This document shows, piece by piece, positions 9,495 through 23,248 of a stretch of DNA of 64,000 nucleotides (the stretch's first letter is position 1; each line of letters opens with the position of its first letter). The position numbers and the translations under genes were made by a program. The DNA is from an uncultured Acidobacteriota bacterium (GTDB taxonomy: Bacteria > Acidobacteriota > JAQAZP01): contig CAWIIB010000009.1 in the NCBI GenBank assembly GCA_963836075.1, positions 896,001 to 960,000 of the forward strand, read 5' to 3'. The notes beneath the pieces were generated by a model, which was not told the origin of the DNA, did no database searches, and saw nothing but the letters and a program-made list of their open reading frames with translations.

Positions 9495-10619
9495 ATGGAG
9501 TTTTCAGTCAAAAAGGATGATCTGCAGTTTGAACTCGCGCTGGTCCAGGGAATCGTGGAGAAGAAGCACGCCATGGCGATTCTCTCCAACATTCACCTCA
9601 CCGCCGGAGATGAAGGTCTGACCATCGTCTCCACCGACATGGAGGTGAGCCTGGTCACCACCTGCCCGCTCTCCAGCGTGAAGAAACCGGGGGCGCTCAC
9701 GGTTTCTTCACGAAAGTTGTTCGAGATCGTCCGCGCCCTGCCATCCGGAGCCGATCTGGACTGCCGGCAGATGGATAACAACTGGCTGGAGCTCGATGCC
9801 GGCTCTTCGCATTTCGAAATCGTCGGCCTGGCGGTTGATGACTTTCCCCGGCAGCCCGAGTGCGACATGACCAGCGCCTTTCCGATCCCGGCCTGGATCT
9901 TCAAGTCGTCCCTGCCCAAGATCGTGTTCGCCATCACCCATGACGACGCCCGCTACTCGGTGAGCGGTGCGCAGTTCGTTGCCGACGGAGAATTCATCCG
10001 GCTGGTGGCCACTGACGGTCACCGGTTGTCAATGGTGGAAGTGCCGTTCAAGATCGAGGGCCTTGATCCTGCGGTGGAATTCCTCATCCCGCGCAAAGCC
10101 CTGGTGGAGTTGCGAAAGATGGTGGCCGAGGTGGAAGACGACGCCGAGGTGCTGGTGGGGCAGGAGGGGAATCACATTTTCTTCCGTATCGAACAGCGGA
10201 CGCTGATCACCCGCAAGGTGGAGGGGACCTTCCCCAAGTACGAACGGGTCATGCCCCGCGAGAACAACATCTCCACCGTGTTCGACCGTGAGGCCATCAG
10301 CTCGGTGGTCAAGCGGGTGGCCCTGATGTCCAGTGAACGGTCCCGGGCGGTTCGCTTCGGGTTCAGCAAGAACGGTCTGCTGGTCAGTTCCAGCAATCCC
10401 GACCTCGGGGAGGGGCGTGACCTGATCGAAGTGGACTTCCCGTCCGACGATGATTTGAGCATCGGATTCAATGCCCAGTATATTCTGGAATTTCTGGGCT
10501 GCGTGGATGATGACGAAATCCGGATCGACCTGAAGGACGGCACCACCCAGGGGCTCTTCAGACCGGCCACCGACGGCGACTGTGTCTTCCGTCACGTGAT
10601 CATGCCGATGCGTCTGTGA
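9495..10619 (+). CDS. dnaN: DNA polymerase III beta sliding clamp
   Basis: VATDGHRL, IGFNAQYI and C-terminal VIMPMRL. Confidence 0.98.
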   Translation: MEFSVKKDDLQFELALVQGIVEKKHAMAILSNIHLTAGDEGLTIVSTDMEVSLVTTCPLSSVKKPGALTVSSRKLFEIVRALPSGADLDCRQMDNNWLELDAGSSHFEIVGLAVDDFPRQPECDMTSAFPIPAWIFKSSLPKIVFAITHDDARYSVSGAQFVADGEFIRLVATDGHRLSMVEVPFKIEGLDPAVEFLIPRKALVELRKMVAEVEDDAEVLVGQEGNHIFFRIEQRTLITRKVEGTFPKYERVMPRENNISTVFDREAISSVVKRVALMSSERSRAVRFGFSKNGLLVSSSNPDLGEGRDLIEVDFPSDDDLSIGFNAQYILEFLGCVDDDEIRIDLKDGTTQGLFRPATDGDCVFRHVIMPMRL

Positions 10620-10675
10620 TCGGATCGTCCCAGCCATCATCGCACCGGGAAAAGGCGGAGTCGCACCCACCCCCT

Positions 10676-10779
10676 GCCATTGAGAGGAGCCCGAAGGGCG
10701 ACGAAACAATCTCTTCTTCCATGCGGCCAGGAAGAGTGAGATCGCCACGTCGCGGGCTTCGCCCACTTCTCGCGATGAC
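10676..10779. repeat. Palindromic intergenic element of the GTCATTGCGAG...GCAATCT / AGATTGC...CTCGCAATGAC type
   Basis: gccattgagaggagc...gacgaaacaatctc...gagatcgccacgtc...ctcgcgatgac forms nested inverted repeats. Confidence 0.7.
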
Positions 10780-10806
10780 CGGAACGTACCTCTTGGGGCA
10801 CCGCCA

Positions 10807-12003
10807 ATGACGCTTGAATCGCTGCTGCTGTTCAATTTCAGAAACCTGGAAAACTCCACCATCCGGTTTTCCGGCGGCCTGAACATCATCCAGGGGGAGA
10901 ACGGGCAGGGCAAGACAAACCTGATGGAAGCGATCTATCTCCTGGGAACCACCAAATCGTTCCGGCACTGCCGTCTCGGTGATCTGAAGACCGAGGGAAA
11001 CAGCGCCTGTTCGCTCAAGGGCTCCGTCGGGCGGGATGACCGGCAGGTTGAGATTTTCTTTCGGGTGGATGAGCGCGGCGGGAAACTGTTTGGCCGTGCG
11101 GACAGTGCGCAGGACCTCTACGATTACATCGGTCTTCTCGATGTCCTGGCCTTCACCGGCGAGCACCTGTCCATTGTCCGGGGGGGTCCGGAGGAGCGGC
11201 GCAGGTTCATTGACCGCGGGATCGTGGGGCTCAGATCGTCCTATTTGAAGACCGTGATGGAGTATCGGCGGGCGGTCAGACAAAAAAACCGCTTTTTGGC
11301 CGATTCCGCACGGGGATTTGCAGGAAAAAGTGGTGGTTTTCTGATAGAATTGGAAGCCTGGAACGAGCGCATCATCGATCTCGGATCGCGGATTCTGCTG
11401 GAGCGGGCACAACATGTTTCCCGCTTGAATGATCTGCTGCAGGAAATCCATTCCGGGCTTTTCTCCGGCGTCCGCCCGCCAGTGGAAATGGCGATGCGGA
11501 CGTCCATCGGCGACGAGGTTTCCATCGCCGGCGAAAGTCTGGAAGCGGTTGGTGCCAGGTTGAAGCAGAAACTGGAATCCGCGGCAGAGCGGGAGCGCGA
11601 CAGGTCTTTGTCCCTGGTGGGGCCGCACCGCGACGAGATCGAGTTTCGCTACGATGGCCGGCGGCTGCGGCAGTACGGATCGTCGGGTCAGCAGCGAGGA
11701 TATTTGCTGGCCGCCAAACTGGCCCGGGCGGAGATCCACCGTGAAGAGTCGGGCGGCTACCCGCTATTTCTCTTTGATGATTTCGAGAGCGAACTGGACC
11801 GGCGTGGCCGGACAGGTTTTTTGCAGTATTGCCGGGACCGCTTCCAACTCTTCATCGCCGTGTCGGCGGAAGAGTTGGATATGGGAGAGCCCTGGAGCCG
11901 GCAAAAACATTTTCGCGTACAAGGGGGCAGATCAGCGACCTCGGTGGCCGCTGATCCTCCACGGTTTTTTCTGGTCTCCAGGAGACCAGCATTTCCCGGG
12001 TGA
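10807..12003 (+). CDS. recF: DNA replication/repair protein RecF
   Basis: NFRN, GENGQGKTNLMEAI, GPEERRRFID, GPHRD, SSGQQR, DDFESELD. Confidence 0.95.
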   Translation: MTLESLLLFNFRNLENSTIRFSGGLNIIQGENGQGKTNLMEAIYLLGTTKSFRHCRLGDLKTEGNSACSLKGSVGRDDRQVEIFFRVDERGGKLFGRADSAQDLYDYIGLLDVLAFTGEHLSIVRGGPEERRRFIDRGIVGLRSSYLKTVMEYRRAVRQKNRFLADSARGFAGKSGGFLIELEAWNERIIDLGSRILLERAQHVSRLNDLLQEIHSGLFSGVRPPVEMAMRTSIGDEVSIAGESLEAVGARLKQKLESAAERERDRSLSLVGPHRDEIEFRYDGRRLRQYGSSGQQRGYLLAAKLARAEIHREESGGYPLFLFDDFESELDRRGRTGFLQYCRDRFQLFIAVSAEELDMGEPWSRQKHFRVQGGRSATSVAADPPRFFLVSRRPAFPG

Positions 12004-12010
12004 GATCTGA

Positions 12011-14445
<2,435 letters not shown>

Positions 14446-14446
<1 letters not shown>

Positions 14447-14590
14447 AAGTGGCTCCAGAACCTCAACTGAGGCCCGATAGCAGCGTTGCCGGCCTCCTTG
14501 GAATGCGCAGCCTACTAGAAGAGTATGCTGCGCTTCCTCGTCGGCCGGCGCCTTGCTCTCGAACCTCAGTTGAGGTTCTGAAACCACTTC
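14446..14590. repeat. About 145-bp palindromic MITE/RPE-like element between gyrB and gyrA
   Basis: Terminal inverted repeat gaagtgg..cagaacctcaactgagg / cctcagttgaggttctg..ccacttc with a 17-bp perfect core, plus inner hairpins. It starts at the gyrB stop codon. Confidence 0.85.
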
Positions 14591-14617
14591 GAACTTTCCT
14601 TTGAGAAGTGAGACGGC

Positions 14618-17119
14618 ATGAACGAGCGGCTCATAGGTGGGATTCGGATCCCGGTCAACATCGAAGACGAGATGAAGCAGTCGTACATGGATTACGCGAT
14701 GAGCGTGATCGTCGGGCGGGCCCTGCCCGACGTGCGTGACGGTCTCAAGCCGGTGCACCGGCGGATCCTCTACACCATGCACGACATGAAAAACGACGCC
14801 AGCCACCCCTACAAGAAATCGGCGAGGATCGTCGGTGAGGTGATGGGTAAGTATCACCCCCACGGCGACCAGGCGATCTACGACGCCATCGTCCGCATGG
14901 CCCAGGACTTCTCGCTTCGCTACACCCTTGTTGACGGTCAGGGCAACTTCGGCTCGGTGGACGGTGATTCGGCGGCGGCCATGCGGTATACCGAGATCCG
15001 CATGGAGAAGCTGGCCGGCGCGCTGCTCAGGGACATTGAAAAAGAGACCGTCGACTTCGTCGAGAACTACGACGGGTCGCTCACCGAACCGGACGTGCTC
15101 CCCTCCCGCCTGCCCAACCTGCTGATCAACGGCTCGTCCGGCATCGCGGTGGGCATGGCCACCAACATCCCGCCGCATAACCTGGGTGAGATCGTCGACG
15201 CCACCATGGCCCTGATCGACGACCCCAGCCTCACTGCCGAAGACCTGATCCAGTACGTCCCCGGCCCCGACTTCCCCACCGGCGGATTTATCTGCGGCAC
15301 CGCCGGCGTCCGCTCGGGCCTGCTTACCGGTCGCGGCTCGGCCAAGATGCGGGCCAGGGCGATCATCGAGAAGCAGCCCAAGGGCGACCGCGAACACATC
15401 GTGGTCACCGAGATCCCCTACCAGGTGAACAAGTCCAAACTGATCGAGGACATCGCCAACCTGGTGCGCCACAAGAAGATCGAGGGGATCAGCGACCTGC
15501 GCGACGAGTCGGACCGCGACGGGATGCGCATCGTCATCGAACTGAAGCGGGCCACCATCCCCGGCGTGGTGCTCAACCTGCTCTACAAGCACACCCAGCT
15601 GGAATCGAACTTCGGCATCAATCTGCTCTCCATCGTCAACAAGCAGCCCAGGCTGCTCAACCTGCGCCAGATGCTCAACGAGTTCATCGGCCACCGCAAG
15701 GTGGTGGTGACCAGGCGCACCCGCTTCGAGCTTCGCAAGGCCGAGGAGCGGGCCCACATCCTCGAAGGGCTGAAGAAGGCGCTGGACAACCTCGACGCGG
15801 TGATCAAGCTGATCCGCGCGTCGAAGGGCCCGGCCGAGGCCAAGGCCGGCCTGATGGAGAAGTTCAATTTCAGCGCGGTCCAGGCCCAGGCCATTCTCGA
15901 CATGCGGCTCCAGCGACTCACCGCCCTGGAGCGCGACAAGATCATCGAGGAGTATCGCGAGCTGCTGAAGCTGATCGCCCGGCTCAACGAGATCCTGGCC
16001 AGCGAGCGGGTGCTGATGACCGTGATCAAGGGCGAGCTGGAAGAAGAACGGAAGCTGTTCGACGACCCCCGCCGCACCGAGATCATCCCCGACGCCGGCG
16101 AGATCAGCATCGAGGACATGATCGCCGAGGAGGACATGGTGATCACCGTGAGCCACTCGGGCTATATCAAGCGCACCTCGGTGAGCAGCTACCGCAAGCA
16201 GCGCCGCGGCGGCAAGGGCGTGATCGGGATGAAGACCAAGGACACCGACTTTGTCGAGCACCTCTTCATCGCCTCGACCCACAGCTACATCCTGATCTTC
16301 ACCAGAAACGGCCGGGTGCACTGGCTCAAGGTGCACGAGATTCCCGAGGTGGGTTCCTCGGGCAAGGGCAAGGCCATCGTCAACCTGCTGCATCTGGCCG
16401 GTGACGAGCAGGTGGCCTCGATCCTGCCGGTGAAAGACCTCACCGAAGAGCAGAACGTGATCATGGCCACCCGCCGGGGCATCGTGAAGAAGACCGAGCT
16501 GCCCGCCTTCCAGCACCCCAGGGTGGGCGGGATCATTGCCATCACCGTGGACGAGGGCGACGAGCTGCTCACCGTCGAGCTCTCCAGCGGCGAGGACCAG
16601 GTCTTCCTCGGCACCCACCTGGGCAAGGCGATCCGCTTCCACGAACGGGACATCAGGGCCATGGGCCGCACCGCCCGCGGCGTGATCGGCATCCGCATGA
16701 AACCGGGTGACTACATCGTCGAGATGGCGGTGACCCGCGAGTTCGGCACCATCCTCTCGGTGACCGAGCACGGCTTCGGCAAGCGCACCGCCATCGACCA
16801 GTACCGCCTGCAGGGCCGCGGCGGCTCGGGGATCATCAACCTCAGGGTCACCGAGCGCAACGGGCCGGTGGTGGGGATGATGCGGGTGGACGAGGATGAC
16901 CAGCTGATCGTGATCACCCAGATGGGGATGATCATCCGCATGAACCTCAAGGACATCAAGGTCATCGGCCGCGCCACCCAGGGGGTGAAGGTGATCAACA
17001 CCAGGGAAGGCGACAAGGTGGTTGCCGTGGCCCGCCTGGTGGAACGAGATCCCGACCTGGCCAGCGAGAACGGCGAAGAGGAAGAGGACCTGCAGGAGAA
17101 CCTGCCGGAGACGGAGTAG
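14618..17119 (+). CDS. gyrA: DNA gyrase subunit A
   Basis: [15 protein letters not shown] and the GyrA box QRRGGKG. Confidence 0.99.
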   Translation: MNERLIGGIRIPVNIEDEMKQSYMDYAMSVIVGRALPDVRDGLKPVHRRILYTMHDMKNDASHPYKKSARIVGEVMGKYHPHGDQAIYDAIVRMAQDFSLRYTLVDGQGNFGSVDGDSAAAMRYTEIRMEKLAGALLRDIEKETVDFVENYDGSLTEPDVLPSRLPNLLINGSSGIAVGMATNIPPHNLGEIVDATMALIDDPSLTAEDLIQYVPGPDFPTGGFICGTAGVRSGLLTGRGSAKMRARAIIEKQPKGDREHIVVTEIPYQVNKSKLIEDIANLVRHKKIEGISDLRDESDRDGMRIVIELKRATIPGVVLNLLYKHTQLESNFGINLLSIVNKQPRLLNLRQMLNEFIGHRKVVVTRRTRFELRKAEERAHILEGLKKALDNLDAVIKLIRASKGPAEAKAGLMEKFNFSAVQAQAILDMRLQRLTALERDKIIEEYRELLKLIARLNEILASERVLMTVIKGELEEERKLFDDPRRTEIIPDAGEISIEDMIAEEDMVITVSHSGYIKRTSVSSYRKQRRGGKGVIGMKTKDTDFVEHLFIASTHSYILIFTRNGRVHWLKVHEIPEVGSSGKGKAIVNLLHLAGDEQVASILPVKDLTEEQNVIMATRRGIVKKTELPAFQHPRVGGIIAITVDEGDELLTVELSSGEDQVFLGTHLGKAIRFHERDIRAMGRTARGVIGIRMKPGDYIVEMAVTREFGTILSVTEHGFGKRTAIDQYRLQGRGGSGIINLRVTERNGPVVGMMRVDEDDQLIVITQMGMIIRMNLKDIKVIGRATQGVKVINTREGDKVVAVARLVERDPDLASENGEEEEDLQENLPETE

Positions 17120-17131
17120 GGGGATTGCCTG

Positions 17132-17704
17132 CTACGCGGGATCCTCAAACAGCCGGCCGCGCTCGGTGAGGGTGACGAGCGGTACGACCTCCACACGATC
17201 GGACAGCGGATAGCGCCTGGTTCCCGGGTAGAGGACGGCGATGCGTTCGAGACCAAGGTCCCCCAGGGCCGATCGCATCGACGGCGTGAGGCGTGGCGCA
17301 TCGGCTCGCTTGCATTCCACCCCCAGCAGACGGTCACCGCGCCGGAGGATCAGATCGATCTCGGCCTGTTGATGGGTGGCCCAGAAAAAGGCCCCGTCAT
17401 GGGGTTCGCCCGCCAGGACTTGCTCGATGGCGAACCCCTCCCAGGACGCTCCAACCTTGGGATGACCGAGCAGCGCCTTCTCTCTCTCCAGGCCTTCGAG
17501 CGCTTACAGCGCCGTCATCGGCTCGTCCAGTCGGGCGAGAGAAGCGGGATCCTCCAGGTCGAAGTAGTTGACCGAGTCTTCGGTTACCAGCTCGCGGGCG
17601 AGCGTGGTCTTGCCGCATTGTCGAGGGCCGGTGAGCACCACGATCGGACTGCGTGAGAGAGCCGTCTCGATCCGGCCGAGATGGGACTGTCGAGGTATAT
17701 GCAT
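17132..17704 (-). pseudogene. AAA_14/DUF4143 ATPase remnant with an internal stop and a large in-frame deletion
   Basis: One frame carries GPRQCGKTTLA...YFDLED...PMTAL*ALEGL then EREKALLGHPKVGASWEG...AEIDL...GVECK. The Walker B and central region are absent. Confidence 0.8.
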
Positions 17705-18107
17705 ACCGCAACAATACCATGAAAATCGGCCAAGCCAAGCGGGATATTCATGTAAAAGTCTGGCGGGGAAGCGGTTGAATTTTGACCACTCAGTGGCTCA
17801 TTTCAGGGGGGGGCAGGCCACCTGACAACGAGACCGTCTTTTATAAGCCGCTTATGATATATAAATGAGTGGAATCAATAAACAACTATAGCGTAGCTAC
17901 CTGGCCGAGATCGGCCGGCAACTCGAGTTGTGTTTTGACGAGGAAGCAGCAGCTGTAATTTGCCGTGGATGGCGGGATGACGGTCTGAACCATGGGGAAT
18001 GTCGCCACGGAGCTTCTGCCACAGGCGTGGCTCCCTGGTCTTACTGTAAGATGGAGCTGGAAACTTTGCAGGACAGGGGCCAACCCGTTACAAGGCAAGG
18101 TCGAATC

Positions 18108-18752
18108 ATGACGGACAAAACCAGAATCGATATCATCTCGGATGTCATGTGTCCCTGGTGCCTCATCGGTTACAAACGCCTCGAAAAGGCCATCACTGAG
18201 ATGGGGATAGAGGACCGGATCGAGATTGAATGGCATCCGTTCGAACTCAATCCGGCCATTCCTGCGGGCGGTGAAGATCTTTGCGAGTATCTGGGCAAAA
18301 AATACGGCATAACCATGGCCGACAGCATCCGTTTTCAGGACGAAATGACACGCCTGGGGGCCGAGCTCGGGTTTACCTTCGACTTTTTTGAGGGGATGAA
18401 GATCGTCAATACCCGTGATGCCCATCTCCTTCTGGAATATGCACGCGAGTTCGGCAAACAGACCGAGCTGAAAATGCGTCTGTTCGAAGCGTTCTTCGGC
18501 GAACAAAAGGACGTATCGGACAGAGATATCCTGGCTCATGAAGCACAGCGAGTCGGTTTGAATGTCGATGAGGCGCTGGCAAGGCTGGATGACCCTGCCG
18601 CGCAGGACCGTATCCAGGCCCGGGAATCGTCCTGGCACAGCATGGGTGTATCATCCGTACCGACCATGATCTTCAATCGGTCCAGCGCTTTGATCGGCGC
18701 GCAACCGGTTGATGATTACAAAGCGGCGTTAGCTGAATTGATGGAGCCGTAG
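18108..18752 (+). CDS. DsbA-family (FrnE-like) oxidoreductase
   Basis: IDIISDVMCPWCLIG, WHPFELNP, GVSSVPT. Confidence 0.9.
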   Translation: MTDKTRIDIISDVMCPWCLIGYKRLEKAITEMGIEDRIEIEWHPFELNPAIPAGGEDLCEYLGKKYGITMADSIRFQDEMTRLGAELGFTFDFFEGMKIVNTRDAHLLLEYAREFGKQTELKMRLFEAFFGEQKDVSDRDILAHEAQRVGLNVDEALARLDDPAAQDRIQARESSWHSMGVSSVPTMIFNRSSALIGAQPVDDYKAALAELMEP

Positions 18753-18924
18753 GCACGTATGGTACGCCAATCACGGTCGGGCTGCTTTAAAAGTATCGGG
18801 GGACGTACTTGCGTTGTTGCGTTTCTGAAGGCCAGGGAAAGGCTACCCCTCTGTCAAACCGCTTTACCCGACTGAAGCCGTCCACTCGGTCCAGTCGCTC
18901 AAGCCTGGCGTAGCCTTTCCCAAG

Positions 18925-18968
18925 TTGACATTTGTGCCTTCTGGCACTATATTTAAGGCCAGATGGCA
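18925..18968 (+). promoter_or_regulatory. Toxin-antitoxin promoter with two operator palindromes
   Basis: TTGACA-17-TATATT; tgccttctggca lies in the spacer (18935-18946) and ggccagatggca lies near +1 (18957-18968). Confidence 0.7.
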
Positions 18969-19029
18969 ATAGCCGATTTCAAGACGCCCGGAACGCCCGC
19001 GGTTGAGCAGATGGAGAGGGGACAAAACC

Positions 19030-19464
19030 ATGACCACCGTTGAAGAAGCAATGTCGGTCCTCGGTGGCAGAAAAGTGTTCGGCAAGAGGATCGTCGAGTC
19101 CGCGCACGCCATCCCTCTTATCGAAGAGGGGCTCCCCTACGACTCCCTGATCCGGGTTCTCGAGGCTCTCGACATCTCCCGTGACCGGCTGTCGGTCATC
19201 CTGGGCATACCCAAACGGACTCTGGCCAGGCGAAAACAGCAAAAAAAGCTCGCCTGGGAGGAGTCGGACCGCCTCTATCGCATCGCCCGCCTGGTGGTCA
19301 AGGCCACTGCCGTTCTGGGCACCCAGGAGAAGTCTCGAGCCTGGCTCAAAGAGCCGAACCGGGCACTGGGCAATGCCGTTCCGCTCGAACTGGCCGCCAC
19401 CGATGCGGGAGCAATCGAGATCGAGAAGGTGCTGGACCGGATCCATCACGGGGTATTCAGTTGA
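19030..19464 (+). CDS. Xre/MbcA/ParS-family antitoxin
   Basis: IEEGLP, LGIPKRTLARRK, ESDRLYRIAR, WLKEPNRALG...PLEL...RIHHGVFS; stop overlaps the toxin start. Confidence 0.93.
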   Translation: MTTVEEAMSVLGGRKVFGKRIVESAHAIPLIEEGLPYDSLIRVLEALDISRDRLSVILGIPKRTLARRKQQKKLAWEESDRLYRIARLVVKATAVLGTQEKSRAWLKEPNRALGNAVPLELAATDAGAIEIEKVLDRIHHGVFS

Positions 19465-19925
19465 TCAGGGCCTTCCGTATCTGCCGGAAAATGGCGAAGA
19501 ATAGAGCCTTTGACGGTGGCGGGGCTCGCATCGCCGGCGGTCGTTGGAATCCCGAGGGCTGCGCGGCGGTGTACACGGCCGAAAGCCGTGCCCTCTGCGC
19601 ACTGGAGATTCTCGTTCACGCCAACCCGTCCGAGCTGGCCGAAAATTATGTCAGCTTTCCGGTGGAGATTCCATCGGGGATCGAGATCGAACGAATCGAG
19701 CCGGACGACCTCCCTTCCGGGTGGAGACGCTATCCATCACCGGCCGGTCTGCAGGAGATGGGCCGGGATTGGATCGACGGTGGCACCAGTGCCGTGCTCT
19801 CGGTGCCCTCGGCCATGGTCCCCCAGGAGAGGAACTATATCCTGAATCCCGGACATGCCGGCTTTCGAAAGATCCGCATCCTCGATTCCGAACGCTTCAT
19901 TTTTGATCCAAGACTGCGATCGTGA
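19461..19925 (+). CDS. RES-domain toxin (ParT/MbcT-like)
   Basis: AFDGGGARIAGGRWN, VYTAESRALCALEILVH, VPSAMVPQERNYILNP. Confidence 0.93.
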   Translation: MIRAFRICRKMAKNRAFDGGGARIAGGRWNPEGCAAVYTAESRALCALEILVHANPSELAENYVSFPVEIPSGIEIERIEPDDLPSGWRRYPSPAGLQEMGRDWIDGGTSAVLSVPSAMVPQERNYILNPGHAGFRKIRILDSERFIFDPRLRS

Positions 19926-20148
19926 ACAGATCGTACCGGCCACTCCTTCACGTATCCCGGTTCCATCAGTCTGTTTTCCCGGCGGGCCGGCACGAGCTTG
20001 ATGCTGGTGAAGATCTCACCCGGCATATATGAAGAAACGCCCAAGTGTGTTAAAAATAATGACCTGAACATGGGCGGGCCGCAGCCGGCCCGATCAAGCT
20101 GAAACAACCAACGGGAACCTTCCCTCATCCAGCGATGCGGAGGAGCGG

Positions 20149-21699
20149 ATGTCGACGAAGAAGAACCTGGAGACCCTGAGGGAGCGCAACAGGCTGGCCG
20201 AGCTCGGCGGCGGCGAGAAGCGGATCGAGAAGCAGCACGCGGCGGGCAAGCTCACCGCCCGGGAACGGCTGGAGATCCTGCTCGACCCCGGCTCCTTCCA
20301 GGAGATGGACAAGCTGGTGGCTCACCGCTGTATCGACTTCGGCATGGAGAAGCAGCGCATTCCCGGCGACGGTGTGATCACCGGGTTCGGCCGCATCGAC
20401 GGCCGGCCGGTCTATGTCTTCTCCCAGGACTTCACCGTGTTCGGCGGCTCGCTCTCCGAGACCTACGCGATGAAGATCTGCAAGATCATGGACCTGGCGA
20501 TGAAGATGGGCGTGCCGCTGATCGGTCTCAACGACTCGGGCGGCGCGCGGATCCAGGAAGGGGTGGTGAGCCTCGGCGGGTACGCCGACATCTTCCTGCG
20601 CAACACCATCGCCTCGGGCGTGGTGCCCCAGATCTCGGCGATCATGGGCCCCTGCGCCGGCGGCGCGGTCTACTCGCCGGCGATCACCGACTTCATCTTC
20701 ATGGTCAAGAAGTCGAGCTACATGTTCGTCACCGGGCCCGACGTGATCAAGACCGTGACCCACGAAGAGGTGACCAAGGAGAAGCTGGGCGGCGCCATGA
20801 CCCACAACTCGGTGAGCGGCGTGGCCCACTTCGCCGCCGAGGACGACGCCAACTGCCTGCTGCTGATCCGCGAGCTGATGTCGTTCATCCCCCAGAACAA
20901 CATGGAGGACCCGCCGGTCAAACCCACCGCGGACGACCCCAACCGCAAGGAGCCGGCCCTCGACTCGGTGGTGCCGGACAACCCGAACCAGCCGTACGAC
21001 ATCCGGGACATCGTCGGCCCGATCCTCGACGACAAGTACTTCTTCGAGGTGCACGAGCACTACGCCAGGAACATCGTGGTGGGCTTCGGCCGCCTGGCCG
21101 GCATGCCGGTGGGCATCGTGGCCAACCAGCCGGCGGTGCTGGCCGGCTGCCTCGACATCGACGCCTCGCTGAAGGGCGCCCGCTTCGTCCGCTTCTGCGA
21201 CGCCTTCAACGTGCCGCTGGTGGTCTTCGAGGACGTGCCCGGGTTCCTGCCCGGCACCGGCCAGGAGTTCGGCGGGATCATCAAGCACGGGGCCAAGCTG
21301 CTCTACGCTCTGGCCGAGGCCACGGTGCCGAAGATGACGGTGATCACGAGGAAAGCTTACGGCGGCGCTTACTGCGTCATGGCCTCGAAGCACATCCGCA
21401 CCGACATGAACTACGCCTACCCCGGGGCCGAGATCGCGGTGATGGGCTCCAGCGGTGCGGTGAACATCCTGCACCGCCGCGAGATCGCCGAGGCCGAAGA
21501 CCCGGTGAAGATGCACGCGGAACTGAAGGAGGAGTTCGACGAGAAGTTCGCCAACCCCTACATCGCCGCCGAGCGGGGGTTTGTGGACGAGGTGATCGAG
21601 CCCAGCGAGACCCGGGCCAAGCTGGTGGCCGCGCTCTCCATGATCAGGACCAAGCGGGACAAGAACCCGCCGCGGAAGCACGGGAACATCCCCCTCTAG
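20149..21699 (+). CDS. pccB: Acyl-CoA (propionyl/methylmalonyl-CoA-type) carboxyltransferase beta subunit
   Basis: [26 protein letters not shown] and C-terminal KHGNIPL. Confidence 0.9.
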   Translation: MSTKKNLETLRERNRLAELGGGEKRIEKQHAAGKLTARERLEILLDPGSFQEMDKLVAHRCIDFGMEKQRIPGDGVITGFGRIDGRPVYVFSQDFTVFGGSLSETYAMKICKIMDLAMKMGVPLIGLNDSGGARIQEGVVSLGGYADIFLRNTIASGVVPQISAIMGPCAGGAVYSPAITDFIFMVKKSSYMFVTGPDVIKTVTHEEVTKEKLGGAMTHNSVSGVAHFAAEDDANCLLLIRELMSFIPQNNMEDPPVKPTADDPNRKEPALDSVVPDNPNQPYDIRDIVGPILDDKYFFEVHEHYARNIVVGFGRLAGMPVGIVANQPAVLAGCLDIDASLKGARFVRFCDAFNVPLVVFEDVPGFLPGTGQEFGGIIKHGAKLLYALAEATVPKMTVITRKAYGGAYCVMASKHIRTDMNYAYPGAEIAVMGSSGAVNILHRREIAEAEDPVKMHAELKEEFDEKFANPYIAAERGFVDEVIEPSETRAKLVAALSMIRTKRDKNPPRKHGNIPL

Positions 21700-21718
21700 G
21701 GAGAGACAGGCGAAACAG

Positions 21719-23248
21719 ATGGACAAGCGACCATTCAAGAAAGTACTCATCGCCAACCGCGGCGAGATCGCCCTGCGCATCATCCGCGCCTGCCGCGAGA
21801 TGCAGATCAAGACCGTGGCGGTCTACTCCGATGCCGACCGCAACGCCCTGCACGTGCGCTACGCCGACCGGGCTTACAACATCGGCCCGCCGGCCTCGGC
21901 CGACAGCTACCTGCGCATCGATAAGATTCTCGACGCGGCAAAGAAGGGCGGCGCCGAGGCGGTGCATCCCGGTTACGGTTTTCTCGCCGAGAACGCCGGT
22001 TTTGCCCGGGCCTGCGCCGAGGCCGGGCTGACCTTCATCGGCCCGCCGCCGGAAGCCATGGAGGTGATGGGCCTGAAGATCGCCGCGCGCAAGGTGATGC
22101 AGGCCGCCGGTGTGCCGGTGGTGCCGGGCACCGAGGGCGGCATCCCGGCCGACGAGGACGAAGCGGCGGCCCTGGCCGACGGGATCGGCTACCCGGTGAT
22201 GATCAAGGCCGATGCCGGCGGCGGCGGCAAGGGCATGCGGCTGGTCCGTTCGGCGGACGAGATCAAGAGCGCCCTCAGGGGCGCGGCGTCGGAAGCCGGC
22301 GCCTCCTTCGGCAACGCCACGGTCTACATGGAAAAGTTTGTCGAGCGGCCGCGGCACATCGAGATCCAGGTGATGGGCGACCGGCAGGGCAACGTGATCC
22401 ACTTCGGTGAGCGCGAGTGCTCGATCCAGCGGCGGCACCAGAAGGTGATCGAGGAGTGCCCCTCGCCGGTGGTCAGCGAGGAGATGCGCGCCGCCATGGG
22501 CGAGGTGGCGGTGAAGGCGGCCAAGGCGGTGAACTACCACAACGCCGGCACAATCGAGTTTCTCGTCGACCCGGAGATGAACTTCTACTTCCTGGAGATG
22601 AACACCCGGCTGCAGGTGGAACACCCGGTGACCGAGCTGGTCACCGGCACCGACCTGGTGAAGATGCAGCTGGAGGTGGCCGCCGGGCGGCCCCTGCCCA
22701 TGACCCAGGAAGAGGTGAAGATGCGCGGTGCGGCCATCGAGTGCCGGATCTACGCCGAAGACCCGGCCATGGGCTTTCTCCCCTCGCCGGGGCCGATTCA
22801 CGGCCTGCGGCAGCCCGGCGGTCCGGGAATCCGCGACGATTCGGCGATCTACCCCGGCGGCGAAGTGACCATCCACTATGACCCGCTGATCTCCAAGCTC
22901 TCCACCTGGGGCCGCACCCGCGCCGAAGCCATCGAGCGGATGATGCGCGCCCTGGAGGAATACAAGATCCTGGGGATCAAGACCAACATCCCGTTTCACG
23001 AGCGGGTGATGCGCGAGCCGCACTTCATCAGCGGCGACTTCGACACGTCCTACATCGACCGGCTGCTGGGCGACGATGCCGGCCGGCCGCTGGAGGCCGA
23101 AGAGGACCGCACCGACGTGGCCCTGGTGGCCGCGGCCCTGGCGGCCTACCGCCGGGACGAGAAGAGTGCCGCCTCGGCGCCGGTGGCCTCGGGTGACGGT
23201 CGCGGCGCCCCGGGCTGGCGATCCCGCGGCTGGAGGAATCAGTCATGA
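21719..23248 (+). CDS. accC: Biotin carboxylase
   Basis: KVLIANRGEIA, HPGYGFLAEN, GGGGKGMR, EMNTRLQVEH. Confidence 0.93.
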   Translation: MDKRPFKKVLIANRGEIALRIIRACREMQIKTVAVYSDADRNALHVRYADRAYNIGPPASADSYLRIDKILDAAKKGGAEAVHPGYGFLAENAGFARACAEAGLTFIGPPPEAMEVMGLKIAARKVMQAAGVPVVPGTEGGIPADEDEAAALADGIGYPVMIKADAGGGGKGMRLVRSADEIKSALRGAASEAGASFGNATVYMEKFVERPRHIEIQVMGDRQGNVIHFGERECSIQRRHQKVIEECPSPVVSEEMRAAMGEVAVKAAKAVNYHNAGTIEFLVDPEMNFYFLEMNTRLQVEHPVTELVTGTDLVKMQLEVAAGRPLPMTQEEVKMRGAAIECRIYAEDPAMGFLPSPGPIHGLRQPGGPGIRDDSAIYPGGEVTIHYDPLISKLSTWGRTRAEAIERMMRALEEYKILGIKTNIPFHERVMREPHFISGDFDTSYIDRLLGDDAGRPLEAEEDRTDVALVAAALAAYRRDEKSAASAPVASGDGRGAPGWRSRGWRNQS

